A stretch of 64,000 nucleotides of DNA from Candidatus Aenigmatarchaeota archaeon (GTDB lineage: Archaea > Aenigmatarchaeota > Aenigmatarchaeia > QMZP01 > QMZT01), in the NCBI GenBank assembly GCA_041489155.1, contig JBGPQP010000001.1:1-64000 (forward strand), given 5' to 3'. The position numbers and the translations under genes are program-made. Positions 19,401 through 28,388 of this stretch are shown here, in pieces (positions within the stretch are counted from its first letter, which is position 1; every line of letters starts with the position of its first letter). The notes under the pieces were generated by a model, which worked only from the letters and a program-made list of their open reading frames with translations, had not been told where the DNA came from and did no database searches.

Positions 19401-20244
19401 GCCGGTTACAAAGACGCCTGAATACGGGGAGATAACCATGCGCTTCGAAGCGCCAAGGCTGAGGTCATCCACCGGGGAAACGATGATAACAGACAACATA
19501 ACGGGGACAAAGGAAGGCTGGTTCACGATTCCGGGGGATACGGAAATTTCAACGCAAGTGCTTGACGCCAAGATGACTTCATACTCTTCTTATTACTGGA
19601 CAGACCGCCTGTGGGTCAATTCATCCAACACGCCAAACAATAACTGGACAAGGGTTTACTGGCTCGCTAACTATTCTGATGAATATGAGCAACTCGGAGA
19701 CCCGTACATCATACAGATACCCGCAAACCTGCTGAAAGCAAATGGCAACAATTCCGTAAAGATAGGCACAGGTCTTTATCCTGTTCCCATGTCCAGCGGT
19801 CTCGGCGGCTCGCCTGATGACAGGGTGATCTACACTCTCGGCATCCGGGGCATCAGCCTGGCGCAGTACAGCGACGTATTCCCAAAGGCTAAAGGTTCCA
19901 GGCCAACCATTTATTACGACGCCAACGGAGACAACATACCGGATGCTTCAAGGACCGTGGAAGTCGGGCCCGATCCGAACGACATTTTCGACCCGATGAA
20001 CGACTCGATAGACAACGGCTTCATGAAGCTCATAGACACGATGAATTTCATAAACGATCTGAATCCTGGTGTAGCCGACATGAACAGCACGACGACGGGT
20101 CCAAGCGGCACAGGCGACGGGTCGAACGCGAATCCCGTTGACCTTGAAATCACGGAAGACGTGAACTTCAATTCGGACTTCATTTCACAGATACCGTCCA
20201 TGTGGGGCCCTGCAATAATGGAGGTAAAGGTATGGGGAGGATAA
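16462..20244 (+). CDS. Giant pilin-like surface protein with VWA domain and inserted jelly-roll domains (putative adhesin)
   Basis: Class III-like signal MKRG/FLLSLD; MIDAS DLSGS...T...SDG; YYFRKHF...DDNAEIYLNG module; many N-x-S/T sequons. Confidence 0.8.
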   Translation: MKRGFLLSLDAIAAITLLLTVSLLLAGISFTYASPELRYQRYYYAGKDIATVLEETKMQALSGIINFSKYGLAAEDMNRTILDVVGSFWAEGNRSKAENLTKEIFEGVLSNTGLNYEISFNDETLYSSQPEYSAYLARLSTIVSGYEKTKPVNGYLAKVYVTKVAKTNSEFLYFGGYEGDGNLTKTILLPSDANVTGVYMELNAGNNFTLFINGNESGHYIKTAANFSADNWTVCSPAEPAHCSYFSPGNNILQLNFMSGQNNYIGGGYLKVTYKTSELTGSEYLYANGTADETQYLPGIKGIINLYSSFYVPGTLDNITAHLHYKNNLSLNNQGIPVYFMIGSKQIYRSNETGEITIDIPELNISYAFGGKTNLTQILSNETVPIRFGTETFAFTSGEGASDSVLITDLSGSMNDSSSCDVQTTSCLHPDCNIASGCQNGRIDVAKDVDKEFVATILNYTGNRIGLVGYNTTTARSHGLSNSSTSLNSEINSYRSVSSATTCIACGIVNATNILATSRLIKTVIPSKASWFYNASFPSSELPAINGSAWTWINYTDSDWASGQAILGFEGSSYNPNIDTNIGDNGGNYYFRKHFNLSDMEVVDFAELYVLSDDNAEIYLNGHLINNDTEEHNATYWNLGNITFSDDFESYYASGANRLTYTEINRTPGYWIVNGTPTSQKNVSLMANIAGYPAHSGTDVLVFKRMQTYGYAENYINLTGKTNIVLSYWWRMGDGDFLDSGEYADVWLWDGSWHQVKRYSTNESYNEYHHDEIDLSGYNMINNFTVRFGLRSSSDSERFYVDDVGYREKIWVNGSYFASGDNVVAVKLRNNDGMAAKFDMELNATMKRYKAMLVMSDGLANTCLPGVSCTGSTASNQAILKACEARDNNSINVYAVGFGAGADMNTLSRIACWNCTDNDWIPDCNRYYNSSNADDLEQIYSDIAKDIANASYAAQIFNFTGNISLDNFLYHDSYIALNYTPVTKTPEYGEITMRFEAPRLRSSTGETMITDNITGTKEGWFTIPGDTEISTQVLDAKMTSYSSYYWTDRLWVNSSNTPNNNWTRVYWLANYSDEYEQLGDPYIIQIPANLLKANGNNSVKIGTGLYPVPMSSGLGGSPDDRVIYTLGIRGISLAQYSDVFPKAKGSRPTIYYDANGDNIPDASRTVEVGPDPNDIFDPMNDSIDNGFMKLIDTMNFINDLNPGVADMNSTTTGPSGTGDGSNANPVDLEITEDVNFNSDFISQIPSMWGPAIMEVKVWGG

Positions 20245-20246
20245 GT

Positions 20247-20927
20247 ATGGAAAAAATCCTGATAATTTTGTTTGCAGCGTTGATTTTTTTTGTATGGCCG
20301 GTCGTGGCACAGGAGGAAGAGGGCAAGGAGGTGTGCCTGGTCTATTTCACCAGCCAAGGATGCGGCGATGACTGCGGCCTTACCGACACGTTTATGGACA
20401 GCCTGATAAATGAATACCCGGGAAACCTGACCTCTATAAAATACCAGATCGATGCCAGCGAGGCAAACAGGAATGTCTTCGAGGCTTACAGATACACTTA
20501 CAACCTGCCTTCAAGCGTGCCTATGGTTTTGTTCGGAAAAGATGATTATCTGGTCGGGAAGGTTGATATATACGCAAACGCCGAAAACAAAATTCTCAGG
20601 TTCATGATGGCTAATGGCACCAACTGCCCGCTGGACTCCGGCTACGTTGCTCCGGGCCTGCTCGGCTCGCAGAGCCTGCCGGGAAACCCGCAGATCGCGG
20701 GCAAGATGGGCGAAAACAAGACAGGCGCCGTAGTTGAAGACGGCGGGGAGGAAAACCCTTCTGACGGCAGCGGCTTCGATGAAAACTGGCCGATAATTCC
20801 GGGAATCCAGCTGTTCAGCGAATCAGACCATGAAAGCATGTTTTCATTTTTGCTGATCATTCTGACGGGTGTGGCGGTTTCTGCCATAGTAATTTATTTA
20901 TGGATCAAGATGCAGGACACGTACTGA
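20247..20927 (+). CDS. Secreted thioredoxin-fold protein with C-terminal membrane anchor
   Basis: Signal peptide, VYFTSQGCGDDC, cis-Pro-like SVPMVLFG, C-terminal TM. Confidence 0.7.
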   Translation: MEKILIILFAALIFFVWPVVAQEEEGKEVCLVYFTSQGCGDDCGLTDTFMDSLINEYPGNLTSIKYQIDASEANRNVFEAYRYTYNLPSSVPMVLFGKDDYLVGKVDIYANAENKILRFMMANGTNCPLDSGYVAPGLLGSQSLPGNPQIAGKMGENKTGAVVEDGGEENPSDGSGFDENWPIIPGIQLFSESDHESMFSFLLIILTGVAVSAIVIYLWIKMQDTY

Positions 20928-20975
20928 CGCAGTGGAATTTTCACTTTATAAACCAAAAAACCAAATTCCGAAATT

Positions 20976-21359
20976 ATGGTCCGGGACAATAAATTTTACA
21001 TCTTTCTTTCGCTGGTCATAACAGAAACCATCATCCTGTTATGGCTGTCTTTCCTTCCATCTGTGCCAGCTGTGAGAACAGGAATATTCAGGCTCGGCGA
21101 CCCGGAACATCTGATAGCTTATGCTGTTTATGGTTTTTTGCTGAACAGGATTTTCAGCTATAACAGCAAGGCAAAGAAGCGGCAGCTTCTTTTTGCCGTA
21201 ATTCTGCCTTTCGCCATAGGTTCTTTGGTCGGAGGCGTGTGCGAAACCATACAGCTTTTCGTGCCGACTAGGGTGGCTGACATCCTTGACTGGGGCATAG
21301 ACGCTTTTGGCTCGCTCGCCGGCGCAGCAGTGATAACCAAATTTAAAACAAGGTCTTAA
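20976..21359 (+). CDS. VanZ family membrane protein
   Basis: EHLIAY...ETIQLFVPTRVADILDWGID. Confidence 0.85.
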   Translation: MVRDNKFYIFLSLVITETIILLWLSFLPSVPAVRTGIFRLGDPEHLIAYAVYGFLLNRIFSYNSKAKKRQLLFAVILPFAIGSLVGGVCETIQLFVPTRVADILDWGIDAFGSLAGAAVITKFKTRS

Positions 21360-21382
21360 CAAATAAATAAGATGGTGGTTAA

Positions 21383-21880
21383 ATGAAGGCTCCGATATGC
21401 GGCATATGCCTTAATTCGGACATCCTGTGCATGGCCTGCAAGAAAAGGCTGGACAGCGGAGAAATTACCGAGAGCGAAGTGAGGATTTCGAGGCTGATAA
21501 GCGAATTGTCTAAAAGCTTCGGGCCGCTTAACGAGATTACTGTAAAGAAGGTGATAGAAGGCGATAATGTTTCTGTTGTGATATGCAACAGGGGCGACGG
21601 AGCGAAACTGATAGGAAAGGAAGGGTCTGTCATAAAGAAGCTCTCGAGGCTCGCACAAAAAACGATAAGAGTCGTTGAGGAAACTGACGATATGAGGGAG
21701 TTCATGCAGAATCTCATATACCCTGTCCCCGTAATCGGCCTGAACATACTGTACAAACCGGAAAGGGAAGTCATGAAAATCATAATACCGAGGGGGAGAA
21801 GCCTCCCGCTGCCTGAGGAGGCCTTCGCGGAAATAATCAGTGCGATGTTCAACAAGGCTTCGATGATAACGCATGAATAG
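21383..21880 (+). CDS. Archaeal NusA-like KH-domain protein with N-terminal Zn finger
   Basis: PICGIC...LCMAC, KH loop LIGKEG, IRVVE. Confidence 0.85.
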   Translation: MKAPICGICLNSDILCMACKKRLDSGEITESEVRISRLISELSKSFGPLNEITVKKVIEGDNVSVVICNRGDGAKLIGKEGSVIKKLSRLAQKTIRVVEETDDMREFMQNLIYPVPVIGLNILYKPEREVMKIIIPRGRSLPLPEEAFAEIISAMFNKASMITHE

Positions 21881-21897
21881 CTGTTTCTGGTGTTTTC

Positions 21898-23676
21898 ATG
21901 GGTAAAAAGAGAATCGTCGTTCATGACAGGGAGCTTTGCAGGTTCGAAAACTGCGGCTACATGTGCATAAAAACATGCCCCATAAACAGATCAGGCGAGG
22001 AATGCATTTTCAGGGGCGAAGACGGATATCCGGTATTCAACGAGGACCTGTGTATAGGTTGTAGCCTTTGCGCGAAAGCCTGCGAGAAGGCGGGCTTCAA
22101 TGCGATAGACGTCGTGAACCTGCCGAAGGAGCTTGAAGAGAATCCGCTGCACAGATACGGGAAAAACCAGTTTGCTCTTTACCGCCTTCCCATCCCGAAG
22201 AAAAACATGGTCACCGGCCTAATCGGGCCGAACGGCGTGGGCAAAACGACGGTTCTCAACATTCTTTCTGGCAACATGATGCCCAACATGGGAATGTTCA
22301 GGGAAAGGGTTACGTGGCAGCAGATACTGGAAAAATTCAAGGGAACCGAGCTGCAGGATTATCTTGAAAAATTGTCAGCCAAAAAACTGAGCATCGGCTA
22401 CAAGCCGCAGCACGTGGACCTTATCCCGCAGATGTGGAAGGGCAAGGTCAGGGATGTGTTGAGTCAACATCCTGCTTACGAAAAAATAGCCGGGAGGCTT
22501 GGCATGCAGGAGATGCTCAACAAGGAAATAAAGACGCTCTCGGGAGGCGAGCTCCAGTTGCTGGCGGCAGCGGCAGTCCTTTCGAAGGAGCATGATTTTT
22601 ATTTTTTTGACGAGCCTTCGAGCTACCTCGACGTGAAGCAAAGGCTGATGGTTGCAAAGGAAATCCGAGAGTTGGCGAAAGCGCATGAAGTGATGGTAGT
22701 CGAGCATGACCTTGCAATACTTGATTATCTGAGCGACCATGTGCACATACTTTACGGTAAACCGGGCGCTTTTGGCGTGGTTTCGAACCCTTACGGCGTG
22801 AGGGTCGGAATAAACACGTATCTCGAGGGCTTCATAAAGGAGGAGAACGTACGCTTCCGCGACAAACCCGTTTTCTTCTCAAAGACCGCGAGGCCTGCCG
22901 CAAAGGACCGCTTGTTCATGGAATTCGGCGGTTTCGAAAAATCATTCGGCAATTTCAGGCTTAAGACCGAAAGGGGTGAAATGTACAAGGGAGAGGTAAT
23001 AGGGGTTCTTGGGCCGAACAGCATAGGCAAAACGACTTTCATACGCATGCTTGTAGGCGAGCTGAAACCCGATAAAGGCGAAGCAGCAAAAATGTCGCTT
23101 TCCTACAAGCCGCAAAGACTGGTCATGGAGAAGGGTGAAGGGGAAACTGAAGTGAAAGAATACATCAGCAGCAAGACCGGTGATAAGGTTGAGGACAGCG
23201 AATTCAAGAAAATTCTCTCCCTTTTCGGGATCGAAAGGAACATGGAAAAGAAGATGAAGAACCTTTCAGGCGGCGAGTTGCAAGCAGTCTTCATAGCATG
23301 CACGCTGGGGAAGGAGCATGACATTCTTCTGCTCGATGAGCCTTCGGCCTTCTTGGACGTGGAACAGAGGCTGAGGGCAGCGAAACTTATAAGATCCCAC
23401 GTGGAGAGCACGGAGAAATCCGCCTTCGTCGTTGACCACGACCTCCAGCTCATCGATTCCATCGCCGACAGGGTAATGGTTTTTGAGGGGCAACGCGGCG
23501 TCAGGGGTGAGGGCAGAACTCCGTGCACGCTGAAGGAGGGAATGAACAAGTTCCTTAAGACGCTTGACATAACCTTCCGCCGGGACCCGCAGACAGGCCG
23601 CGCCAGGGCGAACAAGCCGGACTCGCAGAAGGACCGGGAGCAGAAAGACGCAGGGCAATATTATTATTCGAACTGA
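21898..23676 (+). CDS. rli: Ribosome recycling ATPase ABCE1/RLI
   Basis: N-terminal Fe-S Cys cluster, two ABC domains (GPNGVGKT, LSGGELQ x2), TFRRDPQTGR. Confidence 0.96.
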   Translation: MGKKRIVVHDRELCRFENCGYMCIKTCPINRSGEECIFRGEDGYPVFNEDLCIGCSLCAKACEKAGFNAIDVVNLPKELEENPLHRYGKNQFALYRLPIPKKNMVTGLIGPNGVGKTTVLNILSGNMMPNMGMFRERVTWQQILEKFKGTELQDYLEKLSAKKLSIGYKPQHVDLIPQMWKGKVRDVLSQHPAYEKIAGRLGMQEMLNKEIKTLSGGELQLLAAAAVLSKEHDFYFFDEPSSYLDVKQRLMVAKEIRELAKAHEVMVVEHDLAILDYLSDHVHILYGKPGAFGVVSNPYGVRVGINTYLEGFIKEENVRFRDKPVFFSKTARPAAKDRLFMEFGGFEKSFGNFRLKTERGEMYKGEVIGVLGPNSIGKTTFIRMLVGELKPDKGEAAKMSLSYKPQRLVMEKGEGETEVKEYISSKTGDKVEDSEFKKILSLFGIERNMEKKMKNLSGGELQAVFIACTLGKEHDILLLDEPSAFLDVEQRLRAAKLIRSHVESTEKSAFVVDHDLQLIDSIADRVMVFEGQRGVRGEGRTPCTLKEGMNKFLKTLDITFRRDPQTGRARANKPDSQKDREQKDAGQYYYSN

Positions 23677-24611
23677 GTCGGCTGGCTTTCGACTTTTGCC
23701 TGGACAATTTTGTATATCGCCGCCAGCAGCAGCGCTGTTCCCAGCCATTGCCCTATGGAAAGCGTTTTGCCGTAAATCAGGAATTCGAGTATAATGGCAG
23801 TCGCCGGGAATGCAAGCTCGTATATCGTCGATTTCGACGCTGTGACGTGCTTGAGGCCATAGTAATAAATGAAAATCGCAACCCCGCCGGTCGAGAACGC
23901 GATCAGCAGCAGGGTAAGGAAATTGGCAGGTGTGAACGCGGCGACATTCTGAATCCTGCCAGTGGAAATAACTATGATGAACATGATGAGCGTCGTAACG
24001 CCGAACCTGAGATACGTCCCCACACGGAAGTTGATTTTCTGTATCGCTCTCTTGCTGAAGGTTGTGGATGAACCAAAAGCGAATGCCGCCAGCAGCGAAA
24101 GCCCGGCAGCAACGAACATTTTGTTTTCAGCGCTGAAGACCGGCTGGGAAAAGCCGAAAGTCAAAAAATAACTCCCCACGACCGCGACGGCTGCCCACAG
24201 GAAGAAATTCTTTTTTGGCTTTTCTTTCAATACTATCGCAGCAAGCGCTATCGCAAAAACAGGCTGCATTTTCTGGAGTATGATGACGGCAGAGAGCTGC
24301 ACGAAATCGACAAAAAACAACGCCGAGGTTATCGCCATCGTTCCGATTGCGCCGCCGAAGAGGCCGACCCACGCGAATGAACCCCAGTCTCTGAGGTTGA
24401 GTTTTTTCAATTCCTTCCATTCGAAAACGAGCAGTATGGCCATGTAACAGAACGCGATTGCGTGTTCAAGGAAGACGACCACAGCGACATCCAGGTGATA
24501 AAGCGACGGCCTGAGCAGGACGCCATCGATGCCCCACAGCATGGCAGCGAATGCTATCGCTATCGCTCCTATCACCGGCATTGATTTCTTGTTAAAACTG
24601 AACAAAGTCAT
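23664..24611 (-). CDS. DMT/EamA transporter, ImpX-like putative riboflavin transporter
   Basis: 10 TM EamA pattern (LWGIDG, LQKMQPVF, YYYGLK, ELAFP); directly downstream of riboflavin kinase. Confidence 0.75.
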   Translation of the reverse strand: MTLFSFNKKSMPVIGAIAIAFAAMLWGIDGVLLRPSLYHLDVAVVVFLEHAIAFCYMAILLVFEWKELKKLNLRDWGSFAWVGLFGGAIGTMAITSALFFVDFVQLSAVIILQKMQPVFAIALAAIVLKEKPKKNFFLWAAVAVVGSYFLTFGFSQPVFSAENKMFVAAGLSLLAAFAFGSSTTFSKRAIQKINFRVGTYLRFGVTTLIMFIIVISTGRIQNVAAFTPANFLTLLLIAFSTGGVAIFIYYYGLKHVTASKSTIYELAFPATAIILEFLIYGKTLSIGQWLGTALLLAAIYKIVQAKVESQPTQFE

Positions 24612-24626
24612 CGCCTCTGCTCTGTT

Positions 24627-25280
24627 TCATGCTCTTATCTCCACGTGGACGTAATCATTTTCTTTTGCTGAAAGTGCTTTTCTCAGGTTCAGGGGGGATA
24701 TTATTTCAACAATATCAGAAGGGTGATGCGATCTCACCGGGATGACTACTGCTCCCTTTAGTTTTCTGTTGATTGTGCACGGGTAGCATCGCAGCTCGCC
24801 GAATGTTCTGTTCTCTTTCCTGAAGCCGCTGATCACCGCGGGCTTTATTCTCGCCATTTCGTCTTTCGCCTTTATGTCATGGATTGTTTTAAGCTTTATG
24901 TTGAGTGTTCCCAGAAAAGGGCGGAAGCCGAGTTTTTCATGGAACTGCAGAAAATATTCTTCCTGACTCACGTAATATTGCCCCTCGCCGGATCCTGAAA
25001 CAACATTGCCGCCGAATGACAGACTCTCGATTTTAGAATGCTCGACTATGTCCTTCAGCTCCAGATATTTTTTCCTGAGAAATTTCATCCCCTCATCGGT
25101 CAGGGTTATGAACTGGCCCTTTGAAAGTGTCCTCTCTATAAGACCGAGTTTTTCCAGCTCCCTGATTTTCCTCGACATGGTCTGCTGGGAGGAATCCAGT
25201 CTTCTCGCCAGATCAGTGGTCGTGACTTTTGCTCTTCTTTTCGCAAGTTCGATCAGAACCTCGAGAATTTCGGCCTTCAT
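24627..25280 (-). CDS. ribK: CTP-dependent riboflavin kinase with N-terminal wHTH (RbkR)
   Basis: SQQTMSRKIRELE HTH; VSGSGEGQYY, PFLGTLN, EIISPLNLR. Confidence 0.92.
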   Translation of the reverse strand: MKAEILEVLIELAKRRAKVTTTDLARRLDSSQQTMSRKIRELEKLGLIERTLSKGQFITLTDEGMKFLRKKYLELKDIVEHSKIESLSFGGNVVSGSGEGQYYVSQEEYFLQFHEKLGFRPFLGTLNIKLKTIHDIKAKDEMARIKPAVISGFRKENRTFGELRCYPCTINRKLKGAVVIPVRSHHPSDIVEIISPLNLRKALSAKENDYVHVEIRA

Positions 25281-25336
25281 AGAAAATTATTTGGGGCACT
25301 TACTTAAAAAAGTTATGCTTACCAAAAATGAGTATC

Positions 25337-25834
25337 TTATTCGACCTCAATCGATCCCAAGCTGTAAATTTCCTTTATGACGGCTGTGAACTTCTCGGCC
25401 ATGGATTTGCATCTTTCTATCATCGACTGCCTTACGGTGTTGTAAAAAACATGCCAGTATATCCACCACATGAACATGACCAGCCTATTGCCTTCAAAAG
25501 TGTGCCTAACGATTGGTTCAATTTCCATTTTGAAAGTGCCCTCGTTTTTGGCTTTCGATTTGAAGCCGACCATCTTAACGCTCAACAATATCTTTGAAAA
25601 CCTGCCGCTTGTCCTCGTGTGCTGGGCGATCCTCCAGTAGTACATCTGTATCGGGTCGCCGGTCCAGTCCCACATCCACCTTGGCTCGCCGGTGCCTGTC
25701 GTCGTCACTTCCCAGACCGAACGCAGAATCGAAGTAGCTTCCCTTGTCCAAGCCAGCGGGTCAGGACCTGAGTAGTCTATCCATCTGTTCCTCCTGGGAG
25801 CGAAGCAGTCATCTTCTATAACGAATTTGCCCAT
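25337..25834 (-). CDS. Hypothetical protein, paralog of upstream gene
   Basis: KFVIEDDC...IDYSGPDP matches KLLIQEDC...INYVGPNP of 25851-26369. Confidence 0.75.
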   Translation of the reverse strand: MGKFVIEDDCFAPRRNRWIDYSGPDPLAWTREATSILRSVWEVTTTGTGEPRWMWDWTGDPIQMYYWRIAQHTRTSGRFSKILLSVKMVGFKSKAKNEGTFKMEIEPIVRHTFEGNRLVMFMWWIYWHVFYNTVRQSMIERCKSMAEKFTAVIKEIYSLGSIEVE

Positions 25835-25850
25835 TGAATACCACCAGGAA

Positions 25851-26369
25851 CTACCCACTCTCTTCCCTAAGCTGCCTCAGAAATTCGTGAATGTTCCTAG
25901 TAAATATGGTGCACATGTTCCTGCAGTCTTCGGCGTATTCCTCCCTCTTCCTGTAGTAGAAGGACCTGTGCCAGAAAACTCTGAGCATCTCGTAGAACAG
26001 CGAGCGCTGCCATATGGTATCCTGCGGGTATTCCGTCCTCATCACAGGCTTCAGCCTTATCTCTGCGTTGCCTGTTTTTTCGTCGCCATAGCCTGTGACG
26101 TCGACCCTCAGGAAAAGATATGTGTAAACATCAAGGTCCTTGTGCACATACCAGCGCACCTTGAACTTCTCCTTTTCGCCTTTGCCCCAGCTGAACTTCT
26201 CTTCCTGAACGTCGGAATCAGCTGCCCTGAAAACCGCCTTCATGAGCTCGTAAAGCTTGTAGTAAAGTTTCATCGGGTTCGGGCCTACGTAATTTATGTT
26301 TATTCTCTCGGGTCTCTCTCTGTAACAATCTTCTTGTATAAGCAATTTCGTTCTCGCAAACTGCGGCAT
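25851..26369 (-). CDS. Hypothetical protein (tandem paralog pair)
   Basis: 172-aa ORF with RBS; alpha/beta pattern and aromatic-rich C-terminal helix. Confidence 0.8.
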   Translation of the reverse strand: MPQFARTKLLIQEDCYRERPERININYVGPNPMKLYYKLYELMKAVFRAADSDVQEEKFSWGKGEKEKFKVRWYVHKDLDVYTYLFLRVDVTGYGDEKTGNAEIRLKPVMRTEYPQDTIWQRSLFYEMLRVFWHRSFYYRKREEYAEDCRNMCTIFTRNIHEFLRQLREESG

Positions 26370-26440
26370 ATTAACACCTATTTATATTTTCCACAAACAA
26401 AATTATAAATTGATATGCCCGGCCACGGACGGTGTTTTTT

Positions 26441-26638
26441 ATGATATGGTGGCTTGCCGCGAAAATAATCGGAGTGGCGATGGTTGCGGTAGGCGTTTTT
26501 CTGGTCGTCTTTTTTCCCGGCATACCAGGCCATCAAGAAGTAGGGATGAGAGGAGGGCAAAGCAAATTCGGTCTGGCTGGAATAGTGATAGGCTTGGTGC
26601 TGGCGATAGTCGGCGGTTTCATAATTTTCAGCCCGTGA
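26441..26638 (+). CDS. Small 2-TM Gly-rich membrane protein
   Basis: Two hydrophobic GxxxG-rich helices flanking FPGIPGHQ. Confidence 0.65.
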   Translation: MIWWLAAKIIGVAMVAVGVFLVVFFPGIPGHQEVGMRGGQSKFGLAGIVIGLVLAIVGGFIIFSP

Positions 26639-26681
26639 GGCACAAAGAAACTTTTATCTCTTTCTATCCCAATTAATTATT

Positions 26682-28388
26682 ATGGCAGATCTGGAGAAGC
26701 CTCTGCAGAGGATGAGCATAGAAGAGAAGAAGCAGCTGATAGAGGAGAAGAAGAAGGCAAAATATGAAAGTCTGATAGCATACTGGAAAAAAGAGCTCAA
26801 AGGCTATGACATGGCCCTTGATTATTTTCTCGACAAGGCAAGGGCTACAGCCGGGATATACGGAGATGTGTGCATAAATCCGGCGCTTATCGACCAGATA
26901 GTAAGTCTCAATCCCGTCACGCTCGAAGGCCAGGCCGAAATAATCTATAATATTTTCATTTACAGGACGGCCAAGTGGCATTACCACGTCGAAAAGGCAG
27001 ACGAATATCTCAGGGTCACGCCAACCGCTCCGCCTGCATTCGCTCCGTTGATGGCGCAGAAGGAGAGGCTGGAAGGCCATATAAAGGCCGGCCTCGCCTC
27101 AGCCGCGCAGGCCGTCGCAGACTACGAGCTTCTCAAGCATGACGAAAGGAAGTACAGGGAAATTCTCGACTATTTCGATCTGGGCAAGAAAGACGAGCAT
27201 GTGCTCCGCGCACTATTCGTCGACAGGGTCGACGCCTTTGTCGGGGAAGGCTACTCGATGGTCACCATGACGAGGCGCTGGCCTACCATCATAGGCGATT
27301 TTCTGAAGATGAAGAGCGAGTGGACGGACACCAAAATCATAAGGGAGAAGCTAAGCGTCACCAATGTTGAAGCAAACGTGCTTAAAACGAAGAACGAGCT
27401 CTTCAAGGAATGGAAAAAGCTTTTCTTCCCGGACGTGAGAGAGCGTTATGGCAGGATAAAAAACCTGCTGGACTCGAGGAAAAGGTCCGTCGACGAATAC
27501 AGGGAATGGCTCAAACCGTATCTCAACAAGCTCAAGACCATAAAGGAAGAGGCGGAAATAAAGGATGCAGCTTCCGAACTCACGGAAATAACCAAGCTTT
27601 CCTTCACCCCGCAGGGCGAGGTCAATGCGAAACTCTGGTTCTGGAAACCCATAAGGCCGGAGGAAATGGGGAAACCGCTGGTGATACAGGGGTGGGGCGA
27701 GATACCGACTTTCGACGACTGGGTGAAGGAACATCTGCCGGCGCTCGAAGCGAAGTATGAAGTCACAATGTCCGAGGAGGAGATAAGGAAGTTCCTTGAC
27801 AAGTGCATAAGAGGCCACTACCGGGGCATGAAAAGGCCCGAGTTGCACATGATATACCCTGCTCCGTCGATTGACCCGAGATTCTTATATTATTTTTTCA
27901 TCGATCTTGACTATGTCTGCCAGTACAAGAAAGGTTCCACTGGCCCGATGGTGGTTGAGGATCAGTACTGGCACTTCCACCCGTTTTTGATTTCAAAAAA
28001 TTTCCTTCTTTTCGCCCTGCTCGAGCTCGAATACAAAAAGAAAAAATTCGCAGAGGATATAGAAAGGCTGATAGGCGTGAAGAAGATAGAAGACGAATAC
28101 ATGGAAGAGGCCAAGAAGAAGTGGCCTGGGCAGGATAAACGCAAGAAGCAGAGGAAGAATTTTTCAGAAACATGGAACGAATCAAAGGTCAGGTGGATAG
28201 CAAGGAGGAGGAAGGTAAAGAAAGCGCTTAAGCCGATACTCAAATTCTTCATAAAGCCCGGCCCCTACGAGATCAACGCTGCTGAAAGGATTTCGAAAAC
28301 CTACGGCCTGTATTCGGGAGCGCAGGTAGAGGAGCTCAGGGATCTCATAAAGGAAACTAGTTATAGGATAAGTGGCCAGAGACCGTGA
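26682..28388 (+). CDS. Hypothetical 568-aa, largely helical protein
   Basis: Long ORF overlapping the start of the next gene. Confidence 0.85.
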   Translation: MADLEKPLQRMSIEEKKQLIEEKKKAKYESLIAYWKKELKGYDMALDYFLDKARATAGIYGDVCINPALIDQIVSLNPVTLEGQAEIIYNIFIYRTAKWHYHVEKADEYLRVTPTAPPAFAPLMAQKERLEGHIKAGLASAAQAVADYELLKHDERKYREILDYFDLGKKDEHVLRALFVDRVDAFVGEGYSMVTMTRRWPTIIGDFLKMKSEWTDTKIIREKLSVTNVEANVLKTKNELFKEWKKLFFPDVRERYGRIKNLLDSRKRSVDEYREWLKPYLNKLKTIKEEAEIKDAASELTEITKLSFTPQGEVNAKLWFWKPIRPEEMGKPLVIQGWGEIPTFDDWVKEHLPALEAKYEVTMSEEEIRKFLDKCIRGHYRGMKRPELHMIYPAPSIDPRFLYYFFIDLDYVCQYKKGSTGPMVVEDQYWHFHPFLISKNFLLFALLELEYKKKKFAEDIERLIGVKKIEDEYMEEAKKKWPGQDKRKKQRKNFSETWNESKVRWIARRRKVKKALKPILKFFIKPGPYEINAAERISKTYGLYSGAQVEELRDLIKETSYRISGQRP

